DNA of 10,474 nt from Synechococcales cyanobacterium VAR_4_metabat_354 (GTDB lineage Bacteria > Cyanobacteriota > Cyanobacteriia > Cyanobacteriales > Chamaesiphonaceae), in the NCBI GenBank assembly GCA_031414775.1, contig JANOQI010000003.1, forward strand, positions 1 through 10,474, in the 5' to 3' direction. A program made the position numbers and the translations under genes. The first letter of the stretch is position 1; every line of letters starts with the position of its first letter. The notes beneath the pieces were generated by a model that was given only the letters and a program-made list of their open reading frames with translations, searched no databases and was not told the DNA's origin. Positions 8,539 to 10,474 of this stretch are shown piece after piece.

Positions 8539-8966
8539 GAATTATCTCCGCTCTCAAACCAGTTTTCGATTTTCAGGTTCTCGAAGTATTGGAAATCGGC
8601 AACGTTATTGGTCACTAAGATCAGGTCGTTGGAAGATGCAATACTAGCAATTTGTCCATCAGCGAAAGCTAGAGTTTTACCGATTCTGGATAGGCGTGCT
8701 CTTTCTTGGGCATGACATTGGGCAGATCTGGAGTCGTAACCAAGTATCGGTAAGTTAAGAACCGAATTATTGATGTAGTCTAAAAAAGCCTTGCGCCTCT
8801 TAGATTCAGGAAGCCGCAAACCGCCATAGAGGAGTTCATGAACTACGGTACTAGCCGTTGCTGTTTCTTCTTTGTACAGATCGACTTTATTAAGGACTAT
8901 AGGGTTTGGAGCTGGACGCATCAGCTCCGAAATAATATTGGTGTCGAGCAAATATTTTAGGCTCAT
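8535..8966 (-). CDS. vapC: VapC-family PIN-domain toxin
   Basis: YLLDTNIISE, HELLYG, FADGQIASIA, LVTNNVADF, LKIENW; PIN acidic residues present. Confidence 0.93.
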   Translation of the reverse strand: MSLKYLLDTNIISELMRPAPNPIVLNKVDLYKEETATASTVVHELLYGGLRLPESKRRKAFLDYINNSVLNLPILGYDSRSAQCHAQERARLSRIGKTLAFADGQIASIASSNDLILVTNNVADFQYFENLKIENWFESGDNS

Positions 8967-9187
8967 AGGTTCACTTCACGCCCTGGTGATCGATCTCTCA
9001 GGTCAGCAAAGTCTTCATCATTAAAAGAAATTCCTTCTCGTTCCATTGTTGCTCTCAGTTCTTTAAAGCCTTCCCAGAACTTATTACCATGCTGTTGTTC
9101 TCTCTGTTGATGAATTAACTCAATGAGGTTGTCTTGCTCCTCTATAGATAAGGCTCGAACAGAATCAACGATTTCTTGAAAAACCAT
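8963..9187 (-). CDS. Putative cognate antitoxin of VapC (VapB role), 74 aa
   Basis: Small acidic ORF directly upstream of vapC with an ATGA overlap and AGGAG RBS. C-terminus FADLRDRSPGREVNL is typical of VapC partners. Confidence 0.8.
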   Translation of the reverse strand: MVFQEIVDSVRALSIEEQDNLIELIHQQREQQHGNKFWEGFKELRATMEREGISFNDEDFADLRDRSPGREVNL

Positions 9188-9222
9188 TATCTTAGCTCCT
9201 TAAATTTCCCTGTATGGTCTAT

Positions 9223-9251
9223 ATTGTACCAAAAACGATACAAATCGACAA
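9223..9251 (-). promoter_or_regulatory. Putative promoter of the antitoxin-vapC-HTH operon
   Basis: Minus strand TTGTCG (9251-9246), 17 nt, then TACAAT (9228-9223) preceded by TGn. Confidence 0.55.
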
Positions 9252-9386
9252 TATCTCATCGGATCGTTGACGTAGCCTAGCGTAGGTAATCAAATGCTAG
9301 TTGTGGTCAGTGTCGATTCGCCATAGCAAGATAATATTCTCAAATCTGGGAATAATAATTAAAAGAATTTGAGTTGTGAGATCGCG

Positions 9387-9809
9387 ATGACATTTTGGAG
9401 AACTTATTATCATCTCGTGTGGTCAACATTCGATCGATTGCCACTCATTACCGAAAATGTTGAGGTGGAACTTTATAATTACATCCGATCTAAATGCCAT
9501 ACTCTGAACTGTCCGTTACACGGAATCGGTGGCATTAGCGACCATATTCATATTGTGATTTCAATTCCTCCAAGTATGGCAATCTCAGACTTTGTGAAGC
9601 GGATAAAAGGCAGCAGTTCTCACTTTGTCAATCAAACTAAACTAGACCCAGAAACTAAATTTGCTTGGCAAAAAGAATATGGGGTATTTTCATTAGGCGG
9701 ACAACAACTCGATCGGGCAATTACCTACGTCAATAATCAGAAACAACACCATGCCCAAGGCTCGATCGAACGTTATTTAGAGCCTGATATTATTCATTCT
9801 GCACGATAG
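9387..9809 (+). CDS. tnpA: Y1 HUH transposase (IS200/IS605 TnpA superfamily; probably REP-associated, RAYT-like), 140 aa
   Basis: YYHLVWST, HUH motif DHIHI, IKGSSS, FAWQKEYGVFS, catalytic Tyr in YVNNQKQHH. Start taken at ATG 9387. No tnpB follows. Confidence 0.9.
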   Translation: MTFWRTYYHLVWSTFDRLPLITENVEVELYNYIRSKCHTLNCPLHGIGGISDHIHIVISIPPSMAISDFVKRIKGSSSHFVNQTKLDPETKFAWQKEYGVFSLGGQQLDRAITYVNNQKQHHAQGSIERYLEPDIIHSAR

Positions 9810-9822
9810 GCATGATGAGTTC

Positions 9823-10039
9823 AACCCGTTTCAACGGGTTTTGCCTGTTAGCCCGTGATTTATCTACGGGCGGTTATCGACTCAGCCATTTAACCATGAT
9901 CAATCGGTATTCATCCACAACCGCCCGTAGATAAATCACGGGCTATCTGAAAGAAGTCTACTCAAGTAGACTAAATCAACATTTCTCCAATCTGTTTTAA
10001 CAGGTTTTATACGCTAGCCCGCGATTCAAATGCGGGCGG
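9823..10039. repeat. Cluster of three bipartite REP-like palindromic units in alternating orientation
   Basis: Units at 9823-9875 (+), 9919-9972 (-), 9989-10039 (+). Each is an 8-bp hairpin, an 8-9 nt spacer, then a TAGCCCGY..RCGGGCGG hairpin. 9849-9875 and 9919-9945 form a perfect 27-bp inverted repeat. Confidence 0.9.
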
Positions 10040-10044
10040 GGTTG

Positions 10045-10119
10045 TTACGAAGTCATTAGTCCCCAAGTAATCGGCCAACTCGAAATAGCCTCATCGATTT
10101 GCTTCATGAGTTCGATCGA
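10045..10119 (-). pseudogene. Possible extreme C-terminal remnant of a type ISP/IIG-like restriction-modification protein
   Basis: Minus strand reads SIELMKQIDEAISSWPITWGLMTS*, resembling the TI.LM..ID..I..WPI ending recalled for this family. An in-frame TAG lies immediately upstream. Confidence 0.4.
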
Positions 10120-10158
10120 CTATTCCCGCAATCAAAAACCTGAGAAACTTCGTGAAGC

Positions 10159-10338
10159 TCAGGAAATAGGAGACAAGTGGATACCGAGAAGATTGGCCAA
10201 ACCAGCCAAGCTAGTTATAGCTCTGGCAATATCACCTGAACCCTTCAATAAAGTCGGAGCATTATGGATCGCGTTGCTAATACCCTGAAACCTATGTTTT
10301 AGCCGTTGAGGATTACGCTGATCTTGAGCTTTACTCAT
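10159..10338 (-). CDS. 59-aa orphan ORF, unknown function
   Basis: Hand translation MSKAQDQRNPQRLKHRFQGISNAIHNAPTLLKGSGDIARAITSLAGLANLLGIHLSPIS*. ATG start, no clear RBS, no recognised family. Confidence 0.3.
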   Translation of the reverse strand: MSKAQDQRNPQRLKHRFQGISNAIHNAPTLLKGSGDIARAITSLAGLANLLGIHLSPIS

Positions 10339-10349
10339 AGTAAGAGTGC

Positions 10350-10474
10350 GGAATGCGGGAAACTCAGTGGCTTTAGCCCTGAGAGGGAAGCGACTCGAGG
10401 GACTTCAGTCCCCTTCATCTTAGTTTGCTGAATGGTGTGGATCTTCAATATATTTTATGACAGCTTCACTACTG
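10350..10474. mobile_element. End of an IS200/IS605-family element (partial; boundary approximate)
   Basis: Subterminal hairpins CTCAG-T-GGC-TTTA-GCC-CTGAG (10363-10383) and GGGACT-TC-AGTCCC (10399-10412), directly after a tnpA stop codon. Confidence 0.75.
10420..10474 (-). CDS. tnpA: 3' end of a second IS200/IS605 TnpA (partial, continues beyond the window)
   Basis: Minus strand reads SSEAVIKYIEDPHHSAN*, the catalytic-Tyr helix (V.KYIE) of Y1 transposases. Confidence 0.75.
   Translation of the reverse strand, partial: SSEAVIKYIEDPHHSAN

Noticed and set aside
337..8715. Shadow ORFs 337-648, 398-595, 1308-1502, 1421-1615, 1857-2060, 2327-2557, 2362-2772, 2948-3133, 3156-3416, 3603-3800, 6362-6748, 6418-6726, 7477-7725, 8225-8425, 8438-8647, 8518-8715
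   Set aside because: They are antisense or off-frame to well-supported genes and show no recognisable motifs.
9335..9354. Weak hairpin TATTCTCA-AATC-TGGGAATA upstream of tnpA as an IS left end
   Set aside because: It is AT-rich, unrelated to the downstream REP-like units, and could be chance.
9823..10039. CRISPR array interpretation of the repeats
   Set aside because: The units alternate in orientation, spacing is irregular (43 and 16 nt), and there are no cas genes.
10106..10288. 60-aa plus-strand ORF
   Set aside because: No RBS or motif; it overlaps the minus-strand candidates. Neither strand is proven coding.

Overview
Cyanobacterial chromosomal window, inferred from the accC sequence and about 30 hand-counted CGATCG HIP1-core sites. 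A small housekeeping core (accC, a bidirectional terminator, tRNA-Arg(ACG), moaC) sits between decayed accessory DNA. To the left is a type I R-M hsdM that stops shortly after its NPPY motif. To the right are: (i) an intact 1415-aa fusion of an unknown N-domain, a PLD nuclease, an IPT/TIG-like Ig domain, an SNF2-type helicase and an unknown C-domain, with no adjacent methyltransferase (best candidate for an undescribed single-gene defence enzyme); (ii) a toxin-antitoxin patchwork with one VapC toxin and up to four antitoxin-like ORFs; (iii) a Y1 HUH transposase followed by three bipartite REP-like double-hairpin units with compensatory base changes; (iv) a short R-M-like C-terminal remnant and a 59-aa orphan ORF; (v) the end of an IS200/IS605 element running out of the window. 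All family calls come from motif recognition by eye; no database searches were run.
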